Source: an uncultured delta proteobacterium
GTDB taxonomy: Bacteria; Myxococcota_A; Polyangia; Polyangiales; Polyangiaceae
DNA: 64,000 bases
Direction of reading: 5' to 3'
Assembly: GCA_963806225.1 (NCBI GenBank)
Contig: CAWDXG010000004.1
Span: forward strand, 2,528,001 to 2,592,000
Shown here in pieces: positions 38,856 through 50,159 of the stretch. The position numbers were made by a program, and so were the translations under genes. The stretch's first letter is position 1; each line of letters starts with the position of its first letter. Below the pieces are notes generated by a model. The model was not told the origin of the DNA, did not search any database, and was given only the letters and a program-made list of their open reading frames with translations.

Positions 38856-39452
38856 ATGACGCCGAGATCCCACCGGCAACCGGGCGAATTCACTACGCGG
38901 AGCGTCCGCCACGTGCTCCTGCTCGCGCTCCTCTTGGCCGCTCCGGGCCTCGGCTGCGCCGGCACGCCGGCCGGCGACGGCCGGCCGCCGAACGCGCCCG
39001 AGTATGCGGAACGCACACCCCCGCCCTCGGCCGACGGAGTCGTGCTGGACACTCCCGATCGCCACGCCGAGGTGAAGGACCCCGAGGCCGCGATCGCGCA
39101 GATAGGACAGCAGGCCCAGCTGGTCGAACGCGAGCTGCGCGTCGCTCGCGGCAAGCACGCGACGCAGACCGCGGACTGCATCGACGACAAGCTCAGCCAG
39201 ATCCACGCGCAGGAGCGCATGGGCGTGGACCAGTCCAAGGTGCTCGCGGACGCGAAGTCCAGCTCGGACGCCACGCGGGAGCAGCAGGCCCGTGTGATGA
39301 TCGGCGTCGCCCGCGATCGCGCAGAGCAGCTGGCCCGCGAGGCCGACCGCTGCGGCGCCCGCGTGTCGAGCGGCAGGTCCCGGGTCGACGTGCAGGTCGA
39401 CCGGACCCAGGCGGCGTCGATGAATCCGATGCCCGTGATCCCGGCGCGGTAG
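38856..39452 (+). CDS. Hypothetical helical lipoprotein
   Basis: Lipobox LGC; CIDDKL..IHA, LAREADRC. Start uncertain. Confidence 0.65.
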   Translation: MTPRSHRQPGEFTTRSVRHVLLLALLLAAPGLGCAGTPAGDGRPPNAPEYAERTPPPSADGVVLDTPDRHAEVKDPEAAIAQIGQQAQLVERELRVARGKHATQTADCIDDKLSQIHAQERMGVDQSKVLADAKSSSDATREQQARVMIGVARDRAEQLAREADRCGARVSSGRSRVDVQVDRTQAASMNPMPVIPAR

Positions 39453-39500
39453 TCCCGGTGTAAGCAGCGCTCCGCCCGCCCGTTGTCCCGGGCGGAGGCG

Positions 39501-41030
39501 ATGATGCGAAACCAGATCCTGACCGCGACGGCGACCCTGTTTGCCCTGAACCTGGCCGCGTGTGCCGCGAGCATGAAAGCCGGGACGACGACCGCGCCGC
39601 GGGCGGAAGCGCCGGCGGAGGCCGCAGCGATGGCCCCCGGCGGCGCGCCCGCTCCCGTGGCGGAGCCGGCGCCGATGGGCCCCGTCGCCCCGGCAGACGA
39701 GGGGGCCGCGACGAAGCCGAGCACGGCCGACGCCGAGGAGGCACCCGTCGCTGCCGCGCCGCCGGCGCCAGCCATGGCCGCAGGCGGAGCCGCGCGCGCC
39801 GACAGGCGCGTCGCCTCGCGCACTACCGCACACGGTTACCGCGCCCCGGCGAAGAAAGCCGGCGGCGCTGTAGAGCACACGACGGTCGCGCGCCGTACGC
39901 GGCCCGCGATTGCGCACTCCGGCGTGAAGGCCGGCGAGTGGGATGACAACGCGAACTACAACGAGTTCAAGCACTACCTGTCCACCGAGGACGGCGTCGG
40001 CTTCCGCCGCGTGGACGTGCGCTCGCGCCGCTTCCTTGTCGTACAGGACCAGAACGGAAAGGGAGTGCCGAACTGCCGCGTCACGGTCAGCGATTCGCGG
40101 CAGCGCCGGACCACGCTCACCACGACGGCGTCGGGCCGCGCGATCCTGTTCCCGTTCGCCGAGGGTCTGTCGTCCGGGAAGTTGACGGCCACCACGCACT
40201 GCCTCGGCACGACCGCCTCGAAGAGCTTCAGCACGGTCGGAAGCGACGGCGTCGTCGACCTGAAGCTCGGCAAGGCGCGGCAGCTCGCCTCACGCCCCAC
40301 GGTGGACATCGCCTTCGTGCTCGACACCACGGGCTCGATGTCGGAGGAGATCGCGGCGGTCAAGCAGACCATCCGCCAGGTGGCGGCCAAGCTCGACAAC
40401 CGGCAGATGAACGTCCGCATCGGCCTGGTCGAGTACAAGGACCGCACCGACCCGCAGGTGACGCGCGTCTACCAGATGTCGAGCGACGTGCGCGGCTTCT
40501 CCCGCGTCGTTTCGCACCTCAGCGCCGACGGCGGCGGCGACCGCCCCGAGTCCGCCAACGCCGGGCTGCACGCCGCGCTGACGAAGCTTGCCTGGAGTCC
40601 GCGCTCCGCCGTACGGATGGCATTCCTGATCGGCGATGCACCGCCCCACCTCGACTACGCGAACGACACCAGCTACACGGTGAGCATGCGCGACGCCGCG
40701 CACCGCGGCGTGCAGCTGTTCACCATCGCCGCCTCCGGCATGGGGGATCTGGGCCAGGTCGTGTGGCGGCAGATCGCCCAGTACACCGGCGGGACCGAGA
40801 TGTTCGTGCTGCGCGGCGGAGCCGGCCCGCAGTCGACCGGCGGCGGAGATCCGAAGTCGAGCTGCGGCGGCACGCAGACGGCCTACCAGAGCGGCAACCT
40901 GGACGCGCTCATCATCCAGAAGATCCGCCGCCAGGTCCGCGCCCTGGACGAGAGCCCCCTCAGCATCGCGGGACTCGACGGCGACGAGAACGCCAAGCCC
41001 TGCTCGGAGCGGCTGGTGCTGGCGAAGTAG
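39501..41030 (+). CDS. VWA domain lipoprotein
   Basis: Lipobox LAAC; DTTGSM MIDAS, GGGDRPE, IGDAPPH. Confidence 0.88.
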   Translation: MMRNQILTATATLFALNLAACAASMKAGTTTAPRAEAPAEAAAMAPGGAPAPVAEPAPMGPVAPADEGAATKPSTADAEEAPVAAAPPAPAMAAGGAARADRRVASRTTAHGYRAPAKKAGGAVEHTTVARRTRPAIAHSGVKAGEWDDNANYNEFKHYLSTEDGVGFRRVDVRSRRFLVVQDQNGKGVPNCRVTVSDSRQRRTTLTTTASGRAILFPFAEGLSSGKLTATTHCLGTTASKSFSTVGSDGVVDLKLGKARQLASRPTVDIAFVLDTTGSMSEEIAAVKQTIRQVAAKLDNRQMNVRIGLVEYKDRTDPQVTRVYQMSSDVRGFSRVVSHLSADGGGDRPESANAGLHAALTKLAWSPRSAVRMAFLIGDAPPHLDYANDTSYTVSMRDAAHRGVQLFTIAASGMGDLGQVVWRQIAQYTGGTEMFVLRGGAGPQSTGGGDPKSSCGGTQTAYQSGNLDALIIQKIRRQVRALDESPLSIAGLDGDENAKPCSERLVLAK

Positions 41031-41033
41031 CCG

Positions 41034-41780
41034 TCACTTCTTGTCGGGCTTCTCGCACGCGATGTTGCCGTCCGCGGTGGAGCACTTCCTGCCGCGCTTG
41101 CACTTCTCGTCGCTCGTGAACTTGCCGCGATCGCACTTGACGATACCTTTCCTGTCGGCACTGCACGCGATCCGGCCCTGCACGGACTTGTCACAGGGGT
41201 CGCCTTCCTTGGCGACCGACATGTCGCAGCCGAGCTTTCCGCCGGCAGCCACCGTGCAGCCGTCCTCGCCGCGACAGTAGTTCACGAGCGTCATCTTGCC
41301 GTTCTGGCACGCCAGGAGCTGGGTTCCGTCCGTGCTGCACGCCTTGGAGCCCGGGTCGTGGCAGCTATCGCCGGGCACCGAGATGGACGTGTCGCACTTG
41401 GCGCGGGCGGCCTCCGTCTGGCAGCCCTCTGGCCCGCGGCACTTCTGAAGCCGGTACTTTCCGCCACGGCAGGAGATCATCTGCTTCTTGCCCAGGCACA
41501 CTGCGGCGCCCTCGTCGTCGGTCGAGCAGGCATCACCGGGCTTGTTCTTCGATATGTCGCAGCTGACGCCGGCATCCGTGCGCGCACAGCCTTTCGGGCC
41601 GCGGCACGGCGTCGCGATGTAGTGGCCCTGTTGGCAGGCCAGCTGGGTGTGGTGGTCCTGACAGCGCGCCTCGCCCTTGTCGCAGGAGCTGCCGACCCTT
41701 GGCCTGCAGCCAGCGAAAGCGAGCATCGATAGACAGAAGAGGAAGGCGAGGCGGACGGGATTGCGGGGATGGGCGGGCAT
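41034..41780 (-). CDS. Cys-rich repeat lipoprotein
   Basis: Lipobox FAGC; about four repeats of C..G....CRG..GC......CD.S...GD.C. Confidence 0.75.
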   Translation of the reverse strand: MPAHPRNPVRLAFLFCLSMLAFAGCRPRVGSSCDKGEARCQDHHTQLACQQGHYIATPCRGPKGCARTDAGVSCDISKNKPGDACSTDDEGAAVCLGKKQMISCRGGKYRLQKCRGPEGCQTEAARAKCDTSISVPGDSCHDPGSKACSTDGTQLLACQNGKMTLVNYCRGEDGCTVAAGGKLGCDMSVAKEGDPCDKSVQGRIACSADRKGIVKCDRGKFTSDEKCKRGRKCSTADGNIACEKPDKK

Positions 41781-41883
41781 GGTCGTGCTCGTCGGTTCAG
41801 TGCCCGGTCCGGGCGGCAGTTGACGAAAGGCAGCCGCGACATTACCCAGCTTCATCCCAACCGCAAACCAAGAGGAGGGCAGC

Positions 41884-42522
41884 ATGGGACTTCATATCGG
41901 ACAGACGGCCCCGGATTTCGAGCAGAACTCGACCGAGGGAAGCATCAAGTTCCACCAGTGGATCGGCGACAATTGGGCCATCCTGTTCTCGCACCCGAAG
42001 GACTTCACGCCGGTGTGCACGACGGAGCTCGGCCGTGCCGCCAACCTCAAGGAGGAGTTCGCCAAGCGCGGCGTCAAGATGCTGGCCGTCAGCGTCGACA
42101 GCGTCGAGGACCACAAGAAGTGGATCGGCGACATCGAGGAGACGCAGCACGCGAAGATGAACTATCCGATCCTCGGCGACCCCGACAAGAAGGTCGCCAA
42201 GCTCTACGACATGATCCATCCGGAAGCGGACAACACGCTGACGGTGCGCTCGGTCTTCATCATCGACAACAACAAGAAGATCCGCGCGATGGTCACCTAC
42301 CCGGCCAGCACGGGCCGCAATTTCGACGAGCTTCTTCGCGTGATCGACTCGCTGCAGCTCACCGACAACCACAAGGTGGCGACCCCCGTCGACTGGAAGC
42401 CGGGCGACGACGTGATCATCGTTCCGTCGCTGACGGACGAGAAGGAGATCAAGGAGCGCTTCCCCAAGGGCTACAAGACGCTGCGCCCCTATCTCCGGAT
42501 GACGCCGCAGCCGAACAAGTAG
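41884..42522 (+). CDS. 1-Cys peroxiredoxin (Prx6)
   Basis: FSHPKDFTPVCTTE, GRNFDE, TPVDWKPG. Confidence 0.95.
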   Translation: MGLHIGQTAPDFEQNSTEGSIKFHQWIGDNWAILFSHPKDFTPVCTTELGRAANLKEEFAKRGVKMLAVSVDSVEDHKKWIGDIEETQHAKMNYPILGDPDKKVAKLYDMIHPEADNTLTVRSVFIIDNNKKIRAMVTYPASTGRNFDELLRVIDSLQLTDNHKVATPVDWKPGDDVIIVPSLTDEKEIKERFPKGYKTLRPYLRMTPQPNK

Positions 42523-42635
42523 GGCAACAAAGGAAAGGACGCCGCGACCTGCGCGGCGCCCTCTCACGACAAGCGGGCTGGCCGCACACGCGCCGCTCCC
42601 CTGCGGCGCGTGCAGCGGCCACCCGAGCCTCTGGG

Positions 42636-43535
42636 CTAGCGCCGACGACGGTGGCGCCGGCCGAATCCGAACGCGGCGAATCCGAGGAGCAGTCCCAGGC
42701 CCGCCGCCGCGTCGCCGCCCGTCGATCCCGGCTGCATCGCGCAGCTGGCCGAGGCGTTGGCCTGACCCGAGCAGGTGTTGCCGCTACAGCTCCCGCTCGC
42801 GCTGGCATCCACCTTCACGTTGAGCAGTGCGTTGAGCGCGTCGATGCACTGCTGCAGGTGGCCGCCGTCGTCGACGTACTGCCCATCGCAGAACAGCGCG
42901 CCGTCCGGGTCCTGGCACTCGGTCTTGCAGCCGCCCTCGAGGTTGGCCGTGCAGGTCGCGTAGCTCTGCGACTGGCAGTTGACCTGGCAATCCATGTTCG
43001 CCTGCGCCTCGCAGCTGCCCTGGCAGCTGGCCTGGCACCTGGCCTGGCAGTCTGCGGAGGGCGGCGTGCCGCTACAGCTCGCGTCGCAGTGCGCCGAGAT
43101 GGTCGCCTTGCACGAGGCCATGCACTGGGCATGCGCGTCGGCGCCGGAATCCGTGGTGGAAGCGGAGCCCGAGCACTGCGTTTCGCAGTCCGCCTGGGCG
43201 GACGCTTCGCAGTCCGCCGTGCAGTCGAAGCTGCCGGGGTCGGCGTTGCAGCTCGCCTCGCAGGTACCGACGTCGCAGCTACCGGTGCAGGTCGCCGATG
43301 CAGTGGCGTTGCACTGGCCGTCGCACTGCACCTCGAGCTTGCCGGCACAGGCCGCCACGAAGTGCACCGGCGTGCAGTAGGCCGTGCAACCGCCTTCTAC
43401 CTTGACCTTGCACTGGGCGTTGGCCTGGACGTTGATATTGCCGCACGCATCGATACCCGCGTGGGCGATGGATGGAACAAGCAATGGGGCGGCAAGCGCC
43501 GCAGCGAACAGGGCCGGAGCAATCAGCTTTCGCAT
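42636..43535 (-). CDS. Cys-rich surface protein with MYXO-CTERM sorting signal
   Basis: Signal peptide (AHA), CxxxC repeats, C-terminal SCAM..TM..RRHRRRR. Confidence 0.85.
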   Translation of the reverse strand: MRKLIAPALFAAALAAPLLVPSIAHAGIDACGNINVQANAQCKVKVEGGCTAYCTPVHFVAACAGKLEVQCDGQCNATASATCTGSCDVGTCEASCNADPGSFDCTADCEASAQADCETQCSGSASTTDSGADAHAQCMASCKATISAHCDASCSGTPPSADCQARCQASCQGSCEAQANMDCQVNCQSQSYATCTANLEGGCKTECQDPDGALFCDGQYVDDGGHLQQCIDALNALLNVKVDASASGSCSGNTCSGQANASASCAMQPGSTGGDAAAGLGLLLGFAAFGFGRRHRRRR

Positions 43536-43795
43536 GTGTGGTTCTCCTGTGACCAAGCAACGAGGCGCGCAGGGCTTGTGACCCTGAGCCCCCACAAATC
43601 TACGGCACGGACGAGACTTCCTTCCCGACGAGCAACACCTTCCAGCGAACGCAGTCTAGCAGGCGGGCACGAACGGGCGCCCCTGAAGGCCGGAGCCGTG
43701 GCGGATTGCGCGGGAGTATCAATGGGTTACCGGGAGCGTGGTGGCAGCGCCGCGAGGCGCGTCGCAAGGTTGGACCGCCGAGCCCCGCGTTCTCT

Positions 43796-44389
43796 TCAAC
43801 GCCCGCGCCGGGAAGCGGTCTTCTTCTTGAGGGCGGCGATTTCCGTCTCGGCCTGCTCCAGCCGGCGCGCGAGCCGCTGACGCCGCTCCTGTTCGCGGGA
43901 CAGAAGCTGTTCCACGTCGTCGGCGCGCTTGCGCTCGGCGGCGACCAGCCGGTCGTAGGCCGATTGGATCCGCTCCGTTTCGGGGCGCACCTTGAGGACG
44001 TACACGCCGAGCGCGCCGGCCATCCCGGCCAACGTGACGAGGAAGGCGAGGCGGCCGACGAGCCGTTGTCGCCGTACACGCGCCTCGGCGTCGAGGTCCG
44101 CCAGGCGCTGCCGGTGCTGCTGCTGCCGGGCCAGCAACTCCAACCGGGCTCGCGCCTCACCGTCCGCGAGCGCCCGCGCAATCTCGGCCTGTTTCATCGC
44201 CTCGATGCGCGCCCGCTCTTCGCGCTCGCGCTGGGATTCCTGCTGGCGGCGCCGCTCGCGGGCGATCCGGGTGCTCTCGACTTGATGAAGAAGCCGGTCA
44301 GGCCCGGTCCGCTTCGCCGCCCGCTCGAGCTCGAGCTTCTTCAGGCTCTGGAGCGTGAACAGGATCGAGCTTTGCTTGAACCCGGGCAT
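43796..44389 (-). CDS. Coiled-coil membrane protein (hypothetical)
   Basis: SSILFTLQSL..LE..R N-terminus, E/R-rich coils, single TM. Confidence 0.7.
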   Translation of the reverse strand: MPGFKQSSILFTLQSLKKLELERAAKRTGPDRLLHQVESTRIARERRRQQESQREREERARIEAMKQAEIARALADGEARARLELLARQQQHRQRLADLDAEARVRRQRLVGRLAFLVTLAGMAGALGVYVLKVRPETERIQSAYDRLVAAERKRADDVEQLLSREQERRQRLARRLEQAETEIAALKKKTASRRGR

Positions 44390-44471
44390 TTCGCGCACTT
44401 CCCGTCGGCCGAGGGCGGCCCACAGCGGTCGCTCCCAGTGCTCAGACAAGGCGGGGCCCGGCGTCTTGGGA

Positions 44472-44499
44472 CAAAAACAGCCCCTGGCGGCAGAGGGGT
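44472..44499 (-). terminator. Possible intrinsic terminator after the acyl-CoA dehydrogenase
   Basis: CCCCT-N8-AGGGG followed by CTGTTTTTG on the minus strand. Confidence 0.4.
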
Positions 44500-44515
44500 G
44501 CGCGCTCGTTCAGGT

Positions 44516-45661
<1,146 letters not shown>

Positions 45662-45809
45662 GGGTGACCTCCTTCCGGGCAAACCGAGCCTAGCCTTGCG
45701 CCTCGGCTCCAGCCAAGCCGGCCCCTCTGCCATGCCGATTTATGCGCGGCACGGCGGAACCCGACGCGCGAGCTTGACCGGACGATGGCGGCTTGCTTGG
45801 TTGTCGGCC

Positions 45810-46511
45810 GTGCCTGTCTTCTCCGCCTGGCGACGCGCGTTGCTTCTCGCCTGCACCCTTGGAGTGCTTCCGGCTTGCCACAAACCGGCCAACGGCGGCC
45901 CGGACGCGACACCGGGTCCGCCGATCAAGATGCTGAAGCGGACGTTTGTCGCGTCGAAGAAGACGGAGATCATGCCGCTTGCCGTGGGTCAATGGACGCG
46001 CATGCGGGTGAAGCGCCCGGACGAGAACTCGGTGTTCACCGACAAGGTGATCGGCAAGGAGGGCGATGCGTTCTGGATCGAGACGGTGCTGCTGCGCCCG
46101 GGACGCAAGGTCATCACGCAGGCACTGGTCGCCATGAAAGGCCCGGGCTCTCCACCCGAGGTACGCGAGCTGCGCGTGAAGTTGCCGGACCACAAGCTTC
46201 AGGAATACCGGGGACGCCAGCTCAGGTCCGCCCAGCTCATGTACGAGCGGCTGGTCGAGAGCCTGCAGGTGCCGAAGCTAGCCGCAATGCCGCGGGAGCG
46301 AGCACACGTGCCGGCGGGCGTCTTCGAGGGCTGCTACCGGCGCCACGTCTCGTCGAAGTTCCGGAACATCAATGCCGACGCGACGGTGTGGACGCATCCG
46401 GCAGTGCCGCTAAGCGGGACCGTCAAGTCGCTGAGCGACAACAAGGAACTCACGGTCGAGCTCGTCGACTTCGGGACGACGGGGGCGAAGAGCGCGCTCC
46501 AGGCTCGGTGA
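45810..46511 (+). CDS. Hypothetical lipoprotein
   Basis: Lipobox LPAC; VGQW, VPAGVFEG, HPAVP..G. Start uncertain. Confidence 0.7.
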   Translation: MPVFSAWRRALLLACTLGVLPACHKPANGGPDATPGPPIKMLKRTFVASKKTEIMPLAVGQWTRMRVKRPDENSVFTDKVIGKEGDAFWIETVLLRPGRKVITQALVAMKGPGSPPEVRELRVKLPDHKLQEYRGRQLRSAQLMYERLVESLQVPKLAAMPRERAHVPAGVFEGCYRRHVSSKFRNINADATVWTHPAVPLSGTVKSLSDNKELTVELVDFGTTGAKSALQAR

Positions 46512-46515
46512 GCGT

Positions 46516-48294
46516 TCAGAACGGCGCGGTGGGAACCGGAACTGCGCTGGTGGATTTCGGTTTCGGCTTCGCGGGGGCCGGGAGCGCACCGAAGCTAGCT
46601 ACGTGCTTGACGGGCGGCGCCGCGCTCGCGGTGGGGGCGGTCGTCGGTGCGGACGAAGCGGTCTTCACCGGCGCCGCAACCGTGGCGTGGTGCTTGTGCT
46701 TCTTCTTCTGATGCGCGACCGGCGCCGGCGCTTCGTCCGCGGAAGCCGGCGGGGGCGCCGGCTCGGCTGTCTGGGGCTCGCTGGGCGGGGGCTCGGCGAT
46801 CGAGGCCGTGGCGGGTGCCTCGATCGCCGGACGGTCCGTCTCCGTTGCGGCAGGCGCCGGTTCGGTATTCCGGGCCTTTTCGGGCGGCGTGGCATACGTG
46901 GCGGCGGTGTCCGGCGTGGCGCTCGGCGCGTCGGCCCGATGACCCGGTCGCACGATCAAGCCGAGCAGAAGCAGCGCCGCCGCGCCGATCACGACGCCTG
47001 TGACGACCCGCCGCGTCTGCGCAGTGCGCTCCGGCGGGATCGAGCGCTGGTGCACCATCGGCGGCTCGTCCCGCTCCGCCGGGGAGCCCTTGGCCCCCGC
47101 GCCAGCGCGGCGTGGCGCCACCTTGGGCTCGGCCTTTTCCTGCTCGGCTTCTTCGGCTTCGGCCGCGTCTTTCCGTTCCGCTTCCTCGGCGGCAGCCCGC
47201 TGCCCGGCGTCCCCGCTTCCGGCGTCCTCCCGGGCTTCGGCTTCATCGGCGGCTTCGGTCTGCTCCTCTTCTTCCTCGCTCGGGGCATTCGCCGGCGGGA
47301 ACTCGCTCGAGCGGCGGGCTTCCTCCGCGGCGACCTCGGTCGCGCCCTGCATCAGTGATTCCAGCTCGAAGCGGCGTGCCGCGAGGTCATTGCCGGCGAG
47401 GTGCCAGAACGTGCTGGCGATCTGGTGACGATCCAGAACCAGCGCCGGCGCCGCCTTCTCCAGAGCCTGCCCCAGCTCGGCCGGCCCCGCGTAGCGGTCG
47501 GCGGCGTTGCGGGCAAGCGCCTTCAGCACGACCTTCTTCAGCTCGGCAGGCAGCTCGTGCACGTCGGGCGGCAATGCGGAAGCCATGGCCCCCGCAATGT
47601 CGTCGCCGTCGGCGCCACCGACCAGCGGGCGACCGGCGAGCGCCTGGAACAGGATGGCGCCAAGCGCGAACACATCGGCGCGCACGCTACCCGAAGCGTG
47701 CTTCTGCTCTGCGAGCTGCTCTGGCGCCTTGTAGGCGAGGCGACGCAGCGCACCTTCGCGCGGCGCCCGGCAGGCCGCCACGGCGAGGCTCACCGGTGAA
47801 AGGACGGTCACGCCGCCCGCGGTGAGGAGGATCGCTTCCGGTGCCAGATCGCCGTGCGGGCCGCCGAGCGCGTCGAGGGCCGCGATCACGTCGAACAGGA
47901 TGCGCAACGCCATTCCCGGCGGCAGTCGCTCGCCGTCGTCGCGCGCCATGGAGAGCAGCGCACCCAGGTCGACCCCTTCGACGTGTTCGAGCACGGCGTA
48001 GACGCCGTCGCCCTCGGCCCCGACCGCGAGAACCCGGAGCAGCAGAGGCGAGCGACGCTCGGCGGCCTTACGCATGAAACCGAGGAAAGCCTCTCGTGAC
48101 TCGGTGTCGCCCACCGCGTCGCGCCTAAGCCGCACGAGGCGCAGCACACGGTCGGGCTGGCTCAGCGAACGGGCGAGCCACACCTCCGACACCGCGTCGC
48201 TCCCGATGCCTTCCAGGAGCTCGTAGCTACCGATTGTTATCGCGAACTCGCTTGGATCCGAGGCCCTCACGTCGGGGGAGCTAACCACAGACAT
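46516..48294 (-). CDS. Ser/Thr protein kinase-like (pseudokinase) membrane protein
   Basis: IGSYELL, EHVEGVDL, HGDLAPEAILL, YKAPEQ, ADVFALG; TM and Pro/Ala-rich tail. Confidence 0.82.
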   Translation of the reverse strand: MSVVSSPDVRASDPSEFAITIGSYELLEGIGSDAVSEVWLARSLSQPDRVLRLVRLRRDAVGDTESREAFLGFMRKAAERRSPLLLRVLAVGAEGDGVYAVLEHVEGVDLGALLSMARDDGERLPPGMALRILFDVIAALDALGGPHGDLAPEAILLTAGGVTVLSPVSLAVAACRAPREGALRRLAYKAPEQLAEQKHASGSVRADVFALGAILFQALAGRPLVGGADGDDIAGAMASALPPDVHELPAELKKVVLKALARNAADRYAGPAELGQALEKAAPALVLDRHQIASTFWHLAGNDLAARRFELESLMQGATEVAAEEARRSSEFPPANAPSEEEEEQTEAADEAEAREDAGSGDAGQRAAAEEAERKDAAEAEEAEQEKAEPKVAPRRAGAGAKGSPAERDEPPMVHQRSIPPERTAQTRRVVTGVVIGAAALLLLGLIVRPGHRADAPSATPDTAATYATPPEKARNTEPAPAATETDRPAIEAPATASIAEPPPSEPQTAEPAPPPASADEAPAPVAHQKKKHKHHATVAAPVKTASSAPTTAPTASAAPPVKHVASFGALPAPAKPKPKSTSAVPVPTAPF

Positions 48295-48401
48295 GGCTTC
48301 GAGGCGAGCCGCGCCTGACATCCGCTTTCGGCGCGGCAATCCGGGGCGGAGATTGCGGCCGACTTGACTTCGGACCGGGCCGATTGGAGCGTTTCAAGCG
48401 C

Positions 48402-48752
48402 ATGAGAGCGTTCCACCATGCCGCGATTGTGCTGTCGCTGAACGTGCTGTTCGGGGCGGGTTGCGCGGCAGGCAAAAAGGAGGACCCGGTTGCGGGGGCC
48501 CAGTGCCAAGCCGTGCTGTATTCCGCCTGCACGCGCGCCATCGACGACTGCAGTCTCTCCGGGTACCCCTCCACGGCAGACGATTGCGTCACAGAGTACC
48601 TTCCCTCGTGTTGCGGTGACTCGTGCGACAAGAAGGCGCTGAGCCCGGAAAGCGACATCGCGCGCTGCCAGCGCGCGATCGCGGCAGCGGCGTGCGACGT
48701 CTTCGACGGCGGCGGACTGCCCCCCGAGTGTCTGCACGTCGTCCGGTACTGA
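48402..48752 (+). CDS. Small Cys-rich lipoprotein
   Basis: Lipobox GAGC; multiple Cys. Confidence 0.65.
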   Translation: MRAFHHAAIVLSLNVLFGAGCAAGKKEDPVAGAQCQAVLYSACTRAIDDCSLSGYPSTADDCVTEYLPSCCGDSCDKKALSPESDIARCQRAIAAAACDVFDGGGLPPECLHVVRY

Positions 48753-48755
48753 CGC

Positions 48756-50081
48756 CTAGTCTTCGAACAGGCGGCGGACAAACCCGCTGGCGAAGAGCCC
48801 ATCCGGATCGAGCTCCCGACGGAGCGCGTTGAATCGGTCCGCCATCGGGTAGAGCTCGCGGATCTCCGCGCCAGTGAGCGAAAACTCCTTGCCCCAGTGC
48901 GGACGGCCGCCCATCGCATACATGATGCGCTGGAATTCCTGGAAGTACCGGTCGATCCCCTCGGTCTCGAACATGTAGGCGCCGATCTGGCAGCTGTCGC
49001 GACCGTAGGCAGGGCTCATCATGATGTCGTCGGCCGCGACGAAGCGCATCTCCACGATGAAATTGACGTGGAGATGCTCGCGCTGGATGAGGTCCCTGAG
49101 CGCGTACATCGCGCCCACCCCGTAGTCGAGCGACACCGCGAACTCGCTTTCCCGGTGCACCGGGATCTGCGGGACGTTGAACACTCGGTCGGAGCGCGCG
49201 ACGCGCCGCTCCTCCTTGAAAATGGATCCGCCGACGAGGCGATTCAGCGCGGGAATCATTGTCGGGCGGGCCCGTCCCGCGCGCAGCAGACCGGCGAAGA
49301 GCGCCAGCGAGGCGGGCGACTCGTCGAAGCGCCGCGCCAGGCCCCGCCGCGTTGGCTTCCGGCCGGTGCGATCCGCAAGATAGACCTGGATGGAGTCGGT
49401 GTGCGGCAGCCACCACAACTTGACGTGCTCGTGGCTCTCGAGAAGCCGCGGCAGGCGATCGAGCGCGCGTTCGAATCCGAGTGGCTCGGTGACTTCTTCG
49501 AGGTTGAACAGCGGCTCGCACTGCAGCGTCACGGTACTGATCACGCCGAGCGCGCCGAGCCCGACCCGCGCGGCGGAGAGCAGCTCGGGCTCCGACCCGT
49601 CGATCTGTAGCGTCTCGCCACGGCCGCTGACCAGCCGCATGCCGACCACGGAGGTGGCGAGATTACCGAAGCCCAGTCCGCTGCCATGCGTCCCGGTGGA
49701 AATCGCGCCCGCGACGCTCTGCTCGGAGATGGATCCGAGTACCGACATGGCCATCTCCTGCTCGCGCAGGCGCGCGCCGAGATCGGCCAGGCGGATCCCG
49801 GCTTGAACGGTGATGCGATGCCGCTCGCGGTCGACCTCGAGCACGTCGGCGTATCGGTCGAGCCCCAGCATCACCCCGTCCGTGCAGGCGATGTCGCTCC
49901 AGGAGTGGCCGGCTCCCACCGGCTTGAGCCGGAGTCCGGTGCGGGCCGAGTGCTGTACCAGCTCCTCGATTTCCTGCTCGCTCTCCGGCTCGGCTCGGGC
50001 CACGGGCGTGCAGCGCTCGGTGCCGGCCCAGTTCCGGAACTCGCGCGCCCGGCTCGCTCCCTCTGTGCTGCGCGGCGGCAC
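48756..50081 (-). CDS. FAD-linked sugar-lactone oxidase (ALO / L-gulonolactone oxidase family)
   Basis: FRNWAG, VGAGHSWS, ISTGTHGSG, LGALGV, VEMRF, GRPHWGK. Confidence 0.92.
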   Translation of the reverse strand: MPPRSTEGASRAREFRNWAGTERCTPVARAEPESEQEIEELVQHSARTGLRLKPVGAGHSWSDIACTDGVMLGLDRYADVLEVDRERHRITVQAGIRLADLGARLREQEMAMSVLGSISEQSVAGAISTGTHGSGLGFGNLATSVVGMRLVSGRGETLQIDGSEPELLSAARVGLGALGVISTVTLQCEPLFNLEEVTEPLGFERALDRLPRLLESHEHVKLWWLPHTDSIQVYLADRTGRKPTRRGLARRFDESPASLALFAGLLRAGRARPTMIPALNRLVGGSIFKEERRVARSDRVFNVPQIPVHRESEFAVSLDYGVGAMYALRDLIQREHLHVNFIVEMRFVAADDIMMSPAYGRDSCQIGAYMFETEGIDRYFQEFQRIMYAMGGRPHWGKEFSLTGAEIRELYPMADRFNALRRELDPDGLFASGFVRRLFED

Positions 50082-50134
50082 GGGAGGAACAGTACATGAC
50101 GGGGACCCGGAGACGCTTCTTGACCGGGCACCTG

Positions 50135-50159
50135 TTTTCGACGACACTGTCGTCGAAAA
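50135..50159. promoter_or_regulatory. Perfect 12-1-12 palindromic TetR-type operator
   Basis: TTTTCGACGACA-C-TGTCGTCGAAAA abuts the TetR ATG; TTGACC at 50120. Confidence 0.78.
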
